From NCBI GenBank assembly GCA_965218295.1, contig CBDCKN010000015.1, positions 320,001-384,000 on the forward strand: a stretch of 64,000 nt of DNA, given 5' to 3'. This document shows positions 47,420 to 58,971 of this stretch, piece after piece (position 1 is the first letter of the stretch; each line of letters opens with the position of its first letter). Origin of the DNA: Longimicrobiales bacterium. Its GTDB lineage: Bacteria; Gemmatimonadota; Gemmatimonadetes; Longimicrobiales; Gaopeijiaceae. The translations under genes and the position numbers were made by a program. The notes beneath the pieces were generated by a model. It ran no database searches. It saw nothing but the letters and a program-made list of their open reading frames with translations, and was not told the origin of the DNA.

Positions 47420-48585
47420 TGGAGCAGCGCCTTGGCGATGGTCTGGAGCTGCATGTTGGTCGTCCCCTCGTAGATCGTGCCGATCTTGGAGTCCCGATAG
47501 AACTTCTCCACCGGATACTCGCGGGTGAACCCGTATCCTCCGTGAAGGTCGATGCACAGGGACGTCACGCGCTGGGCCATCCTGGAGGAATGTAGCTTCG
47601 ACATTGCCGCAGGCACCGCGAAGTCCTCACCAGCGTCCTTGAGACGGGCGGCATTGTAGACCAGCAGACGCGAAGCCTCAAGTTCGGTCGCCACGTCTGC
47701 CAGCTGGAACTGCACGCCCTGGAACTTGCCGATGGGCTGGCCGAACTGCTTCCGCTCCTTCACGTACCGCAGCGTGTTGTCCAGGGCTCCTTGGGCCGTT
47801 CCCACCATCTGGGCGCCGATGCCGATGCGGCCCTCGTTGAGGGTCTCGATGGCCACCTTGTATCCCTTGCCCACCTCGCCCAGGACGTTGTTGCCGGGTA
47901 CCCGGACGTTGTCGAGGACGATCTCGGTCGTGGAGGAGGCACGGATGCCGAGCTTGTCCTCCTTCTTTCCGACCGTAAAGCCCTCCATGTCGCGATCCAC
48001 CATGAAGGCTGTGATGCCCTTGTAGCCGGCCTCGGGGTCGACGGTGGCGAAGACGATATAGGTGCCGGCCTCGCTCCCGTTCGTGATCCAGAGCTTCTGG
48101 CCCGCGAGGAGCCAATCGTCGCCGTCCTGTGTGGCCCGGCAAGTGAGGGCGAAGGCGTCGGACCCGCTTCCGGCCTCGGAGAGGGCATAGGCTCCGACCA
48201 TCTCGGTCGCCAGCAGGGGGAAGTAGCGAGCCTTGAGCTCGGCGCTACCCCAGCGCTTGAGCGCGTTGATCACGAGCGTGTTCTGTACGTCGACCAGGGT
48301 TCCGACGGATGGGTCGATTCTGGAGAGCTCCTCCACCACCAGAATGGAGGTGAAGAAGGTGGAATCTGCTCCACCGAACTCCTCGGGCACCTCGATTCCC
48401 ATGAGGCCCAGCTCGAAGAGCATGGGGAGGAGTGAAGGATCAATCTCCTGGGCCTCGTCCATTTTGGACACGAGGGGGGCTACTTCGGATTGGGCGAAAT
48501 CCCGGACCGCCTCCCGGAACATCTCCTCCTCTTCGCTCAACGTGGTGACGGCTGGGCGGGCTTCACTGGCTAGCGTGGTGGGCAT
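47416..48585 (-). CDS. Acyl-CoA dehydrogenase (short/branched-chain type)
   Basis: YALSEAGSGSD, GQKLWITN, KLGIRASST, RKQFG, IYEGT. Confidence 0.93.
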   Translation of the reverse strand: MPTTLASEARPAVTTLSEEEEMFREAVRDFAQSEVAPLVSKMDEAQEIDPSLLPMLFELGLMGIEVPEEFGGADSTFFTSILVVEELSRIDPSVGTLVDVQNTLVINALKRWGSAELKARYFPLLATEMVGAYALSEAGSGSDAFALTCRATQDGDDWLLAGQKLWITNGSEAGTYIVFATVDPEAGYKGITAFMVDRDMEGFTVGKKEDKLGIRASSTTEIVLDNVRVPGNNVLGEVGKGYKVAIETLNEGRIGIGAQMVGTAQGALDNTLRYVKERKQFGQPIGKFQGVQFQLADVATELEASRLLVYNAARLKDAGEDFAVPAAMSKLHSSRMAQRVTSLCIDLHGGYGFTREYPVEKFYRDSKIGTIYEGTTNMQLQTIAKALLQ

Positions 48586-48778
48586 GTCTGCTATCTTTCC
48601 AGCGGGCTGTATCAGTGCTTTCGTCGGCTACCGAACTCCACGAAAGTTATCCGTGCGGGTCGGGTGTGAAAAGGCGAGGCGCCGGATCTACGGGCGTCCA
48701 TGGGCCACCGTTTTGACCTTGACGCTTCTCGAGAATTCTCTATTGTGACCGCCCTAGACCTTCGACCATGGAGGAGCG

Positions 48779-49168
48779 ATGTCCGAAATCCCCGAAGGAC
48801 TTCGATATACGGAGGAGCACGAGTACCTCAAGGCCACCGATGAAGACGGGGTCTACCAGGTCGGTATCACCGATTACGCCCAGGGGGAGCTGGGGGACAT
48901 CGTGTTCATCGAGCTGCCGGAGGTCGGGGCGAGCTTCGACAAGGTGGCTACCTTCGGCACCATCGAGGCTGTGAAGGCCGTGAGTGACCTCTACTGCCCC
49001 TTGGCCGGCGAGGTGGTCGCCGTGAATCAGGCCCTGGATGACGATCCCTCGCTGGTGAACAGCGATCCGTACGGGGCCGGTTGGATGATCCTCCTGCGCG
49101 TCACTGATGAGAGCGCCTTGGGGGATCTCCTGGATGCGGCTGGCTACCAGGCTCTGGTCGGCGAGTAG
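48779..49168 (+). CDS. gcvH: Glycine cleavage system H protein
   Basis: GITDYAQ, lipoyl-Lys EAVKA, NSDPYGAGW. Confidence 0.96.
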   Translation: MSEIPEGLRYTEEHEYLKATDEDGVYQVGITDYAQGELGDIVFIELPEVGASFDKVATFGTIEAVKAVSDLYCPLAGEVVAVNQALDDDPSLVNSDPYGAGWMILLRVTDESALGDLLDAAGYQALVGE

Positions 49169-49230
49169 GAGCTGATCTCTAGTCCCACCGCGGAAACGGC
49201 ATTCGCGGCCCGACACTTCCGAGGAAGAAC

Positions 49231-52143
49231 ATGTCCCTAGAGATAGATACGGAGGGTCGATTCGCCAGCCGGCATATTGGCCCTCGTGATCATGAGATCG
49301 AGTCGATGCTGGCGTCTCTGGGTGTGAGCTCCCTCAGCGAGCTGGTCGACCAGACCATTCCCGACTCCATTCGCCTGCAAGGCGACCTCGAGCTACCCGA
49401 CGCCTCTCCCGAGCATCGGCTTCTCCACCGGCTCGAGGAGATCGGCTCCAAGAACCGGGTCTTCCGGTCCTACATCGGGATGGGATACCACGACACGGTC
49501 GTACCAGGCGTGATCCTGAGGAACATCCTCGAGAACCCCGGTTGGTACACACAGTACACGCCCTATCAGGCCGAGATCTCCCAGGGGCGCCTCGAGGCGC
49601 TGCTGAACTACCAGACCATGGTGATGGACCTCACCGGCCTGGAGATCACGAACGCGTCGCTCCTCGATGAGAGCACGGCGGCCGCCGAGGCCATGACCAT
49701 GCTCTCCGGTGACACCCGAGACGAAAAGCGAACACGCTTCTTCGTCTCCGAAGCCTGTCATCCGCAGACCATCGAGGTCGTGAAGGGCCGGGCGGCGCCG
49801 TTGGATATCGAGGTCGTGATCGGAGCACACGACAACTACGATCTGGAGTCCTTCGGGGACCGGCTCTTCGGTGGTCTGGTCCAGTATCCGGCCACCGACG
49901 GGGCGGTGCATGACTACCGGTCCTTCTGCGACTCCTTCCACGAGCATGGAGCCGGGGTCGTCGTAGCCGCCGATCTCATGGCTCTCACGCTGCTCACTCC
50001 CCCGGGCGAGCTCGGGGCCGACATCGCAGTCGGCAACACGCAGCGTTTCGGAGTGCCCATGGGCTATGGCGGCCCTCACGCCGCCTACCTGGCGGCCAAG
50101 GACAGGTTCATGCGAAGGATGCCGGGCCGCATCATCGGCGTCTCCGTGGATGCCGATGGAAACCCGGCCCTGCGGATGGCCCTCCAGACCCGGGAGCAGC
50201 ACATCCGTCGCGACATGGCGACGTCGAACATCTGCACGGCCCAGGTGCTCCTGGCCATCATGGCGGGCATGTACGCCGTGTATCACGGTCCCGAAGGGCT
50301 ACGACGCAAAGCCAGCCGCATCCATCACCTGGCCGCGACCTTGGCGCACGGCCTTCGCGAGCTCGGCCATACCGTCGTACACGAGTGCTTCTTCGACACG
50401 CTTCATCTGGTGCCCTCGGGCGTCTCGGGGGAGGACGTCCTCCGTCGGGCCCGCGAGCTGGAGATGAACCTCCGCGACTATGGCGACGGGACGGTGGGCA
50501 TCACGGTCGACGAGACGACAGAGCCGGAGGACATCGACGACCTCTTCAACGTCTTCAGCGACGGGGGGCCACGAGGCGGCGGCGTGAAGCTGAACGCGAG
50601 GAAGGTGTCGCAAGAAGCGTTTTCCGCCCTTCCCGACGCTCTCGTGAGGACGTCGCAGTTTCTGGAGCACCCGGTCTTCCACAGCTACCACTCCGAGACC
50701 GAGATGCTCCGGTACATCCACCGGCTGGAGAGCCGGGACCTCTCGCTGAACACGAGCATGATCTCCTTGGGGTCGTGCACCATGAAGCTGAACGCCACCA
50801 CCGAGATGCTGCCGGTCACGTGGAGGGCGTTCGGCGGGCTCCACCCCTTCGCCCCGACGGACCAGGCCGAGGGGTACCAGGAGCTTCTTTCGGATCTGGA
50901 GACCTGGCTGGCCGAGATCTCCGGCTTCGCTGCCACTTCGCTCCAGCCCAACTCGGGGGCCCAGGGGGAGTACACGGGCCTCCTCGTCATCCGGGCGCTG
51001 CACGAGAGCCGTGGGGAGGGCCACCGCGACGTGTGCCTCATACCCTCGTCGGCCCACGGAACGAACCCGGCGAGCGCGGTCATGGCCGCGATGAGGGTCG
51101 TCGTGGTGCAGTGCGACGAGATGGGGAACGTCGATCTGGACGACCTGACGGCCAAGGCCGATGCGCACGCGGAGGATCTGGCTGCCATCATGATCACGTA
51201 TCCGTCCACCCACGGCGTCTTCGAGTCGGAGATCCGGAGGATGTGCGAGATCGTGCACGGGCGGGGCGGACGCGTCTATCTGGACGGGGCGAACCTGAAT
51301 GCCCAGGTCGGCCTATGCCGGCCCGGTGACTACGGCGCCGACGTCTGCCACATCAATCTCCACAAGACGTTCGCCGTACCACACGGGGGAGGCGGACCGG
51401 GCGCCGGGCCCATCTGCGTAACCTCCGAGCTGGCGCCGTTCCTTCCGAGCCATCCCGTCATCGAGACGGGTGGGCCCGAGGCGATCCTGCCGGTCGCGGG
51501 TGCTCCCTGGGGGAGCGGTAGCATCCTGGTGACTTCCTGGGCGTACATCGCACTCCTGGGTAGGGAGGGCGTTCGCAGGGCCACGGAGGTGGCCATCCTG
51601 AACGCCAACTACATGGCGAACCTGCTGCAAGATCAGTTCGACGTCCTGTACCGTGGGGAGAACGGACGCGTCGCCCATGAGTTCATTCTCGATCTACGCC
51701 CGCTCAAGAAGAGCACTGGAATCTCGGACGAGGACATTGCGAAGCGCTTGATGGATTACGGCTTCCATGCCCCCACCATGTCTTTCCCCGTCGCGGGCAC
51801 GATGATGGTCGAGCCCACCGAGAGCGAGTCCCAGGTCGAGCTGGACCGGCTTTGTGATGCCCTCGTCTCTATCCGGGCCGAGATCGAGGAGGTAGAGTCC
51901 GGCGTGGCGGATCCGGAGGACAACGTGCTCAAGAATGCCCCGCATACCGCCGCCATGGTCACCGCGTCGGAGTGGGAGCGTCCCTACTCGCGAGAGAAGG
52001 CCGCATATCCGGCTCCCTGGACCAGAGAGTACAAGTTCTGGCCCCCGGTCCGGAGGCTGAACAACGCTCACGGTGACAGACACTTGGTCTGTGCCTGTCC
52101 CCCCATCGAGGCTTATGCTGAGGTAGCAGCCGGAACAGGCTGA
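49231..52143 (+). CDS. gcvP: Glycine dehydrogenase (decarboxylating), single chain
   Basis: [37 protein letters not shown]. Confidence 0.97.
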   Translation: MSLEIDTEGRFASRHIGPRDHEIESMLASLGVSSLSELVDQTIPDSIRLQGDLELPDASPEHRLLHRLEEIGSKNRVFRSYIGMGYHDTVVPGVILRNILENPGWYTQYTPYQAEISQGRLEALLNYQTMVMDLTGLEITNASLLDESTAAAEAMTMLSGDTRDEKRTRFFVSEACHPQTIEVVKGRAAPLDIEVVIGAHDNYDLESFGDRLFGGLVQYPATDGAVHDYRSFCDSFHEHGAGVVVAADLMALTLLTPPGELGADIAVGNTQRFGVPMGYGGPHAAYLAAKDRFMRRMPGRIIGVSVDADGNPALRMALQTREQHIRRDMATSNICTAQVLLAIMAGMYAVYHGPEGLRRKASRIHHLAATLAHGLRELGHTVVHECFFDTLHLVPSGVSGEDVLRRARELEMNLRDYGDGTVGITVDETTEPEDIDDLFNVFSDGGPRGGGVKLNARKVSQEAFSALPDALVRTSQFLEHPVFHSYHSETEMLRYIHRLESRDLSLNTSMISLGSCTMKLNATTEMLPVTWRAFGGLHPFAPTDQAEGYQELLSDLETWLAEISGFAATSLQPNSGAQGEYTGLLVIRALHESRGEGHRDVCLIPSSAHGTNPASAVMAAMRVVVVQCDEMGNVDLDDLTAKADAHAEDLAAIMITYPSTHGVFESEIRRMCEIVHGRGGRVYLDGANLNAQVGLCRPGDYGADVCHINLHKTFAVPHGGGGPGAGPICVTSELAPFLPSHPVIETGGPEAILPVAGAPWGSGSILVTSWAYIALLGREGVRRATEVAILNANYMANLLQDQFDVLYRGENGRVAHEFILDLRPLKKSTGISDEDIAKRLMDYGFHAPTMSFPVAGTMMVEPTESESQVELDRLCDALVSIRAEIEEVESGVADPEDNVLKNAPHTAAMVTASEWERPYSREKAAYPAPWTREYKFWPPVRRLNNAHGDRHLVCACPPIEAYAEVAAGTG

Positions 52144-52173
52144 GGGCTCTCAACGACAGTGGAGGATCCGAAA

Positions 52174-52863
52174 ATGGCGAAACTCGATTATCACGGTCAC
52201 GCGACTTTCACGCTTACCACCGATGACGGCACCCGCATCGTCATCGACCCGTTCTTCGACGGCAACCCCTGGACGGAGATCCAAGCCGCCGATGTCGAGG
52301 CCGACTTCATTTTCTGCACCCACGGCCACGAAGATCACTTCGCCGATGCCATCCCCATCGCCAGGGCCACGGGTGCGACGCTGGTGGGGAGCTTCGAGCT
52401 GGTCAGCTACGCACAGAGCCAGGGCATCGAGAATGCCCACCCCATGCACATCGGTGGCGGTTGGGACTTCCCCTTCGGCCGGGTGAAGATGACGATCGCC
52501 CACCATGGGGGGCTGATACATGGCGAGGGGGCCGAGGGCTTCACGACCAACCCCGCGGGCCTGCTCTTCGACCTGGGCCCGGGCAAGCGGCTCTACCATG
52601 CCGGAGACACGGCCTTGACCATGGACATGCAGCTTCTGAAGGGGAAGGTGGACGTGGCGCTCCTTCCTATCGGCGACAACTTCACCATGGGGCCGGAGGA
52701 CGCTGTGACGGCCATCGAGTTCATCGGTCCGTCGGTGGTGATCCCGATCCACTACAACACCTGGCCCTACATCGACCAAAACGCTGAGGACTTCCGCACG
52801 CTGGTCGGGGACCGGGCCACCGTCGAGGTCGTCGAGCCGGGCCAGGGCTCGTACGAGTTCTGA
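52174..52863 (+). CDS. Metal-dependent hydrolase, MBL fold (UPF0173-like)
   Basis: THGHEDH, YHAGDT, LPIGDNFTMGP, PIHYNTW. Confidence 0.9.
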   Translation: MAKLDYHGHATFTLTTDDGTRIVIDPFFDGNPWTEIQAADVEADFIFCTHGHEDHFADAIPIARATGATLVGSFELVSYAQSQGIENAHPMHIGGGWDFPFGRVKMTIAHHGGLIHGEGAEGFTTNPAGLLFDLGPGKRLYHAGDTALTMDMQLLKGKVDVALLPIGDNFTMGPEDAVTAIEFIGPSVVIPIHYNTWPYIDQNAEDFRTLVGDRATVEVVEPGQGSYEF

Positions 52864-52912
52864 GCGCCGTTCCTGACGCGGCTCGCCCCACTTCTTCAAC
52901 AGGCCCCTAGCC

Positions 52913-53734
52913 GTGGCATCGACTGCGCAGGCCATCCGCCGCGCGAGGAGCGCGCCCGACACGGGGGCGCTCCGCTGGCGGGTCCTTGTGGACGCGCCGG
53001 CTTCGGGGGCGGTGAACATGGCCGTGGACCATGCCTTGGCCCGCTGTCTCGGCCAGGGGGAGGGCGTGCTTCGGCTCTATCGATGGGCCACACCCACCGT
53101 CTCGTTTGGCCGGAACGAACCCGCTCGTGGACGGTGCGACCTCGAGATCGCCCGGCGAGCTAGCATCGACTTTGTGCGCCGTCCGACAGGGGGACGGGCC
53201 GTGCTCCACGACAGAGAGCTCACGTATGCCGTGGCTCTTCCGGTGACCAGCGGTATGAGCCTGCGGGCCGTATACCGGATGGTGAACGAGGGGCTCGTGA
53301 AGGCCCTGGATGCGCTGGGTGTACCGGCCTCCACGGCGCCGGCGGAGGGCCGGGCTCTCCCTCCTGCCGCCGGCCCGTGCTTCAGGCGGCCCTCGGAGGG
53401 CGAGGTGACGGTGGCGGGCAGGAAACTCGTTGGAAGCGCGCAGGCCCGTATCGGGAGCGCGATCCTGCAACACGGCTCCCTGTTGTTGGGTCCGGGGCAG
53501 GAGCGGCTTGCGGACTTGCGGGGCGAGGTCGAGGAGGCTTCCGACCCGACCTGCCTTGAGGAAATCCTGGACGGGGTGCCTTCCTGGGACGTTCTTGTAG
53601 GGACGGTCACAGCGGGACTGAGCGAGGTTCTGAGCGGAGAGTGGCATCAGGCAGTGCTCACGGAGGCAGAGCGGGGGCAGGCTCGAGCACTCCAGACGCA
53701 CTATGTGTCGACGGAGTGGACGTGGCGCCGGTAA
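52913..53734 (+). CDS. Lipoate-protein ligase/octanoyltransferase family (LipM/LplA-like, catalytic domain only)
   Basis: NMAVD, LRLYRW, VRRPTGGRAVLH, PCF, KLVGSAQ, LQHGS. Confidence 0.88.
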   Translation: MASTAQAIRRARSAPDTGALRWRVLVDAPASGAVNMAVDHALARCLGQGEGVLRLYRWATPTVSFGRNEPARGRCDLEIARRASIDFVRRPTGGRAVLHDRELTYAVALPVTSGMSLRAVYRMVNEGLVKALDALGVPASTAPAEGRALPPAAGPCFRRPSEGEVTVAGRKLVGSAQARIGSAILQHGSLLLGPGQERLADLRGEVEEASDPTCLEEILDGVPSWDVLVGTVTAGLSEVLSGEWHQAVLTEAERGQARALQTHYVSTEWTWRR

Positions 53735-53786
53735 GTGATCCCGATGCCTACAGGCACATACTGGCTGATGCCGTAGGAGAGCTGGG

Positions 53787-55574
53787 ATGAGACAGTCGAG
53801 GTGGGCATTATTGATAACCGCAGCCGCGTTCTCGGGAGCGTGCGCCGGTGGGGAGGGTAGCCCTTCCACAGAGGCGGTGCCGTGGAGCTTGGATCGGGGC
53901 GTGGCGGAGATCGGAGACGGTATACCGTTCTGCGATGCCGCCATGGCTAATGTCGCCGAGTTCATGGGGCGGTTCGAGGGACAGCTTCCCCCCGACGACC
54001 GCTACGGCGGTGTGGCTGTCGTGGGCTCGATCGGTGAGCTCACCGACGGCATGAACGGGCACGTTTCACAACTGTATTCGTCCACACAGCACCAGAACTT
54101 CGTCAACCAGATGACCCTGGTGCAGTACGGAGATCTGAATCCGATCCCTTACCTGGCCGAGTCCTGGGAGGTCTCCGACGACAACACGGAGATCACCTTT
54201 CACGTCCGGGACGACGTCTACTGGCACGACGGCGAGCTCACCGACGCCTACGACGTTGCCTACACCTACGAGCGGGCCATCGACCCGGCAACGGGGTTCC
54301 CGAACTCCACGTTCTGGACACACTACGATCAGGGACCCGGTGGGGTGGAGGTGGTCGACTCGTTCACCGTGAAGTTCCGCATGCGTCCCCACGCCGACTT
54401 CATCGACCCGTGGCGCACGACCACCATCATGCCGCGGCATCTGCTCGAGGACGTCCCCTCCGCGGAGCTGAGACAGCATCCCTACGGTACGGTTTGCCCT
54501 GTCGGGAACGGCCCCTTCGTTTTCGTGCAACACAGGCAGGACGCGAGCTGGACGTTCCAGGCGAGTCCGGCCTTCCCCGAGGGGTTGGGCGGCCGGCCGT
54601 TCCTCGACCGGCTGGTGTACCGGATCATCCTGGAGCAGACGACTCTCCTGACTGAGCTGCTCACCGAGAACATCGACGTCCAGATCGCGCCCCGGCCGGA
54701 CCAGGCTCAGGCGATCCTCGACTCGGACGCCCTGGAGCTCCTTCGCTATTCTCGACGGCAGTACGTCTTCGTGGGGTGGAACGCTCGTCGTCCCCAGCTC
54801 GCCGACAAGAGGGTCCGACAGGCGATCACGAAGGGTACGAATCGTCAGGAGATCGTGGACGCCCTCCTCCAGGGCTACGGACGGGTCGCCAACGGAAGTG
54901 TGCCACCCTTTCACTGGGCCTATGACGAGTCGGTCGGGGCGGACGCCGCGGCATACGACCAGGATGCGGCTAGGGCCCTCCTGGATGAGGCCGGGTGGAT
55001 CGACCGGGACGGCGACGGGGTTCGGGAGAACGCTCAGGGTGTCCCCCTTGCCATCACGATCAAGTACAACTCGGCGAACCAGCAGCGTCAGGACATAGCC
55101 GAGATCATGCAGGCCCAGCTCGCCGAGATCGGCATCGAGGTCACCCCGGCCGTGGTGGAGATCTCGACGCTCATCGGCCAGCTCACCGATTCCGAGGCGC
55201 GGGACTTCGACGCTGTGGTCATGGGCTGGGTCATCGACTTCAAGCTCGACGACACCGACTTCTTTCACAGTACCAAGATCGACGGCCCCTACGCATGGTC
55301 CGGCACGAATCGTCCGGATATGGACGTCTACATGGACCGGCTTCCGTTGATTCTCGATCGGGAGGAGGCTAGGCCCGTCTGGAGTGAGTACGAAGCGCTC
55401 GTCGTAGACGAGCAACCCTACACGTTCTTCTGGTTCCCGGACCGGCTGGACGGCGTGAACCGGCGGCTTCAGGATGTCGTCATGGACGCTCGGGGGGAGT
55501 GGCTGAACGCGAAGGACTGGTGGATTCCGGCCGATCGACGGAGGGGCAGTGTGACCCGGGAGCGTGGTAGGTGA
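53787..55574 (+). CDS. Peptide/nickel ABC transporter substrate-binding lipoprotein (family 5)
   Basis: Lipobox SGAC, LAESWEVS, WHDG, PVGNGPF, VRQAI. Confidence 0.9.
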   Translation: MRQSRWALLITAAAFSGACAGGEGSPSTEAVPWSLDRGVAEIGDGIPFCDAAMANVAEFMGRFEGQLPPDDRYGGVAVVGSIGELTDGMNGHVSQLYSSTQHQNFVNQMTLVQYGDLNPIPYLAESWEVSDDNTEITFHVRDDVYWHDGELTDAYDVAYTYERAIDPATGFPNSTFWTHYDQGPGGVEVVDSFTVKFRMRPHADFIDPWRTTTIMPRHLLEDVPSAELRQHPYGTVCPVGNGPFVFVQHRQDASWTFQASPAFPEGLGGRPFLDRLVYRIILEQTTLLTELLTENIDVQIAPRPDQAQAILDSDALELLRYSRRQYVFVGWNARRPQLADKRVRQAITKGTNRQEIVDALLQGYGRVANGSVPPFHWAYDESVGADAAAYDQDAARALLDEAGWIDRDGDGVRENAQGVPLAITIKYNSANQQRQDIAEIMQAQLAEIGIEVTPAVVEISTLIGQLTDSEARDFDAVVMGWVIDFKLDDTDFFHSTKIDGPYAWSGTNRPDMDVYMDRLPLILDREEARPVWSEYEALVVDEQPYTFFWFPDRLDGVNRRLQDVVMDARGEWLNAKDWWIPADRRRGSVTRERGR

Positions 55575-56213
55575 CCACGTACATATTGAGGAGGCTCCTG
55601 GGCGCTGTTCCCCTGGTCCTGGGGATCGCCACCATCATCTTCTTCGTCGTGAACCTGGCGCCGGGGGATCCGGCGCTCCGGTACATGAACCCGAATCTGT
55701 CCCCTGAGACTTTGGAGCAGATTCGGGTCAATATGGGCCTGGACCGGCCCGTCCACGTCCGATACGTGAAATGGATGGCGGCCCTGGACCCGGGGTGACC
55801 TGGGATACTCCTTCACCCGGAATCGGCCGGTCCTGGACATCATGAAGGAGATCCTGCCCAATACGCTCCTCCTGTCCGTGACGGCCATCGGGATCGCCTT
55901 CGTCGTAGGGATTCTGCTGGGCATCATCCAGGCCGTCCGGCAGTACTCGATTCTCGACTCGATCACCTCGGTCCTGGCCCTGTTCTTCTACTCCATGCCG
56001 TCGTTCTGGCTGGCGTTGATGATGGTGCTCACGTTCAGCCTCTTCGCACGGAACGTGTGGGACTGGCCCATCTGGTTCCCTGCTTCGGACATCCAGGACA
56101 TGGCCCGTTATCCCTTCATGACTGTCTGGGAGAAAGTGCAGGATCGTCTCTGGCACCTTGCGCTCCCGGCCACGTCTTTGGCGCTCGTTCTGGCAGCCGG
56201 GATCGCGCGCTAC
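55571..56213 (+). pseudogene. DppB/OppB permease, frameshifted and 3'-truncated
   Basis: YILRRLL...APGDP; frameshift about 55790 before GDLGYSF...LPNT; ends at AGIARY without EAA motif. Confidence 0.82.
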
Positions 56214-56955
56214 TCTCAACCCGGTCTTTACGGTAGGGAATCAGATCGCCGAGGCCCTGAGGACACACCGGGGCCTCAACAAGCGAGATGCCCGGAAGGT
56301 GAGCGTCGGGTTGCTCAAAGAGGTCGGTATTCCGGACCCCGACCAGCGCTTCGACGAGTATCCCCATCAGCTCTCCGGGGGGATGCGGCAGAGGGTCATG
56401 ATCGCCATGGCCCTGTCGTGCGAGCCCAGGCTCCTGATCGCCGACGAGCCCACAACCGCTCTGGACGTCACCATCCAGGCCCAGATCCTGGATCTCCTCG
56501 CCGGACTGAGACGGACGCACGGGATGGCGGTCCTCCTCATCACACACGACCTGGGCGTGGTCGCGGAGGTGTGCGATCGAGTGGTCGTCATGTATGCAGG
56601 GCAGGTGATGGAGACGGGCACCGTAGATGAGATCTTCGCAGATCCCCGGCATCCCTACACGCAGGGGCTGCTGGCCTCCCTGCCCGAGCTCGGAGGGCGA
56701 GATCGGGAGCTCCATCCGATCCCGGGGGTCGTACCGAGTCCTGTGAGCTGGCCGGGGGCGTGCCGCTTCAAAGAGCGCTGTCCATTCACGTGGGAACGCT
56801 GCCACCGGGAGATGCCCGGGCTGCTGACCGTCGGCGGGGAGGCGGGACGGTCCGCTCGCTGCTGGCTCATGGACGATGCCGAGCCGGACTCGAGTTCCCC
56901 CCACTCGACGGCGGCGGGATCGCCCCCCCCTGGTCCCACCGGAAAGCTCTCATGA
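56214..56955 (+). pseudogene. DppD/OppD ATPase lacking N-terminus (no start, no Walker A)
   Basis: Begins abruptly at [38 protein letters not shown]-terminal Cys motif. Confidence 0.82.
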
Positions 56956-57974
56956 CTCCCGGATCGGGGAACGGAAACGGGGCTTCGGGTGAGATCCTCC
57001 TGGACGTGCGGAACCTGAAGAAGTACTTCCCCGTCCGCAGGGGCATCCTCGGTCAAACGGTGGGCCATGTGAAGGCGGTGGACGGGGTAAGCTTCCAGCT
57101 CCGTCGTGGTGAGACTCTGGGACTCGTCGGCGAGTCCGAGTGCGGCAAGTCCACCACGGGCCGGGCCATCTTGCGCCTTATCGAGCCGACTGCCGGACAG
57201 GTGATCTTCGATGGGGAGGATCTCGCCACGCTGGACCACGATCGGCTACGCGCACTTCGGAGGCGAGCGCAGATCGTCTTTCAAGACCCCATCAGCTCCT
57301 TGAATCCCCGCATGACCGTCGGCACCATGCTCCGGGAGGTGCTCAAGGTCCACAGACTGGCGCCCAAGGGCCCGGCCCGCTCCCGGCGGGTCAGTGAACT
57401 GCTGGAGATCGTGGGCCTACATCCCGAGGACGCCGACCGCTACCCCCACGAGTTCAGCGGTGGCCAGCGACAGAGGATCGGCATCGCCCGCGCTCTGGCA
57501 GTCGAGCCGGACTTCATGGTGTGTGACGAGCCCGTTTCTGCGCTGGACGTGTCGGTCCAGGCCCAAGTCATCAACCTTCTCCGGAATCTCCAAAAGGAGT
57601 TCGGCCTCACCTACCTCTTCATCGCCCACGACTTGGCCGTGGTAGAGCACGTGAGTGATCACGTGGCGGTGATGTACCTGGGCAAGATCGTGGAGTCGGG
57701 CACGGCCGAGGACCTATATGGGTCTCCCCAGCACCCGTACACGAAGGCCCTCCTCTCGGCTGTGCCGAGACCCGATCCGAAAGCGGCACGGGCCCGGCAG
57801 CGTATCATGCTTTCCGGAGACGTGCCGAGCCCCATGAATCCTCCCTCGGGGTGTCCGTTCCATCCTCGCTGTCCGCATCCGGGGAAGGATGAGGAGTGCA
57901 GCCGCGTCGTTCCTCCGTTGGAGGAAAAGGCGGCCGGTCATTTCACGGCCTGTATCAAAGGTGCGATGCCGTAG
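56952..57974 (+). CDS. DppF/OppF ABC ATPase with variant Walker A (GESECGKS)
   Basis: [41 protein letters not shown]. Confidence 0.9.
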   Translation: MTPGSGNGNGASGEILLDVRNLKKYFPVRRGILGQTVGHVKAVDGVSFQLRRGETLGLVGESECGKSTTGRAILRLIEPTAGQVIFDGEDLATLDHDRLRALRRRAQIVFQDPISSLNPRMTVGTMLREVLKVHRLAPKGPARSRRVSELLEIVGLHPEDADRYPHEFSGGQRQRIGIARALAVEPDFMVCDEPVSALDVSVQAQVINLLRNLQKEFGLTYLFIAHDLAVVEHVSDHVAVMYLGKIVESGTAEDLYGSPQHPYTKALLSAVPRPDPKAARARQRIMLSGDVPSPMNPPSGCPFHPRCPHPGKDEECSRVVPPLEEKAAGHFTACIKGAMP

Positions 57975-57983
57975 AGCCGGGGG

Positions 57984-58012
57984 TTGACAGGGTTGTCGGC
58001 CCGCTCCACAAT
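57984..58012 (+). promoter_or_regulatory. Sigma70-type promoter upstream of exbB/tolQ-like gene
   Basis: TTGACA-N17-CACAAT. Confidence 0.55.
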
Positions 58013-58084
58013 TCGGACTCCTTGAAAAATCAGGAGGTCTTGGCCTCCCGCTTATCGGGCCGGGACGTGTAGTGGAAACATTTT

Positions 58085-58801
58085 GTGCTGGAGGTCCCCT
58101 TGGTTGGTTTGATGCGTGTCTACAGTGCCCTGATGCAGCTCCCTGGGTTGGATCAGCCGGATCAGACCCTCGGAGAGCGGATGCAGTTCGTCTGGGACGA
58201 GACCGGCTTCATGCGCTACCCGTTGGCCCTCTGCGTGGTCATCGGTTTCATCGTCATCATTTGGAAGTTCTTCGATCTGCTCATGAAATCCTCCCGGACG
58301 AAGAAGATCCTCGGTGAGGTCGACGAGCTCTTGGGCCAACATCGGATCGACGAGGCGCTCGAAGCTACCCGGAATTCTGACGCCCCTGCCGCGAAGATCC
58401 TCTATGCTGGCCTCGATCGGCACGAGGAGGGCACGGAGCGTGTGATGAAGGCCATTGAGAACCAGGGTCTCATCGAGCTCAGCAAGCTCGAGAAGGGACT
58501 GGTGGTTCTGGCGACGCTGACCAATGTCGCGCCGCTCCTCGGCTTTCTCGGGACGGTGATCGGGATGATCATCGCGTTCCAGTCCATCGAGGCGGCCGGA
58601 GAGGTAGAGGCTACCCTGGTGGCTGGAGGGATCAAAGTGGCGCTCCTCACAACGGCGGCCGGACTGGTGATCGCCATTCCGGTGAGCATCTCGCACAACT
58701 ACTTCGTGTCGCGGATCGATAGCCTGGTCATCGACATGGAGGAGTCGGCACAAAAGATGATCGATGCTCTCCATGCCATGGAGGCGGATCGAGCCGGTTA
58801 G
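58085..58801 (+). CDS. MotA/TolQ/ExbB proton channel family protein
   Basis: APLLGFLGTVIGMI, GIKVALLTTAAGLVIAIP. Confidence 0.92.
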   Translation: MLEVPLVGLMRVYSALMQLPGLDQPDQTLGERMQFVWDETGFMRYPLALCVVIGFIVIIWKFFDLLMKSSRTKKILGEVDELLGQHRIDEALEATRNSDAPAAKILYAGLDRHEEGTERVMKAIENQGLIELSKLEKGLVVLATLTNVAPLLGFLGTVIGMIIAFQSIEAAGEVEATLVAGGIKVALLTTAAGLVIAIPVSISHNYFVSRIDSLVIDMEESAQKMIDALHAMEADRAG

Positions 58802-58829
58802 TAGCCTGGCGCTGGCTCAGCGAGCGCAG

Positions 58830-58869
58830 GAGGGGGCCACCCGGCAGGGGGGGTGGCCCCTCTTTTTTT
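58830..58869 (+). terminator. Rho-independent terminator
   Basis: GGGGCCACCC...GGGTGGCCCC stem followed by T7. Confidence 0.82.
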
Positions 58870-58971
58870 CTATCTAGCCGATCGAAGGGCACTTCCGGGC
58901 CCCTGTGCCCTATTCTTAGTACGTAGAGTCGTTTGCTTAGCTCGGTACGAATCGGTGGGGTTGGCAGCACG

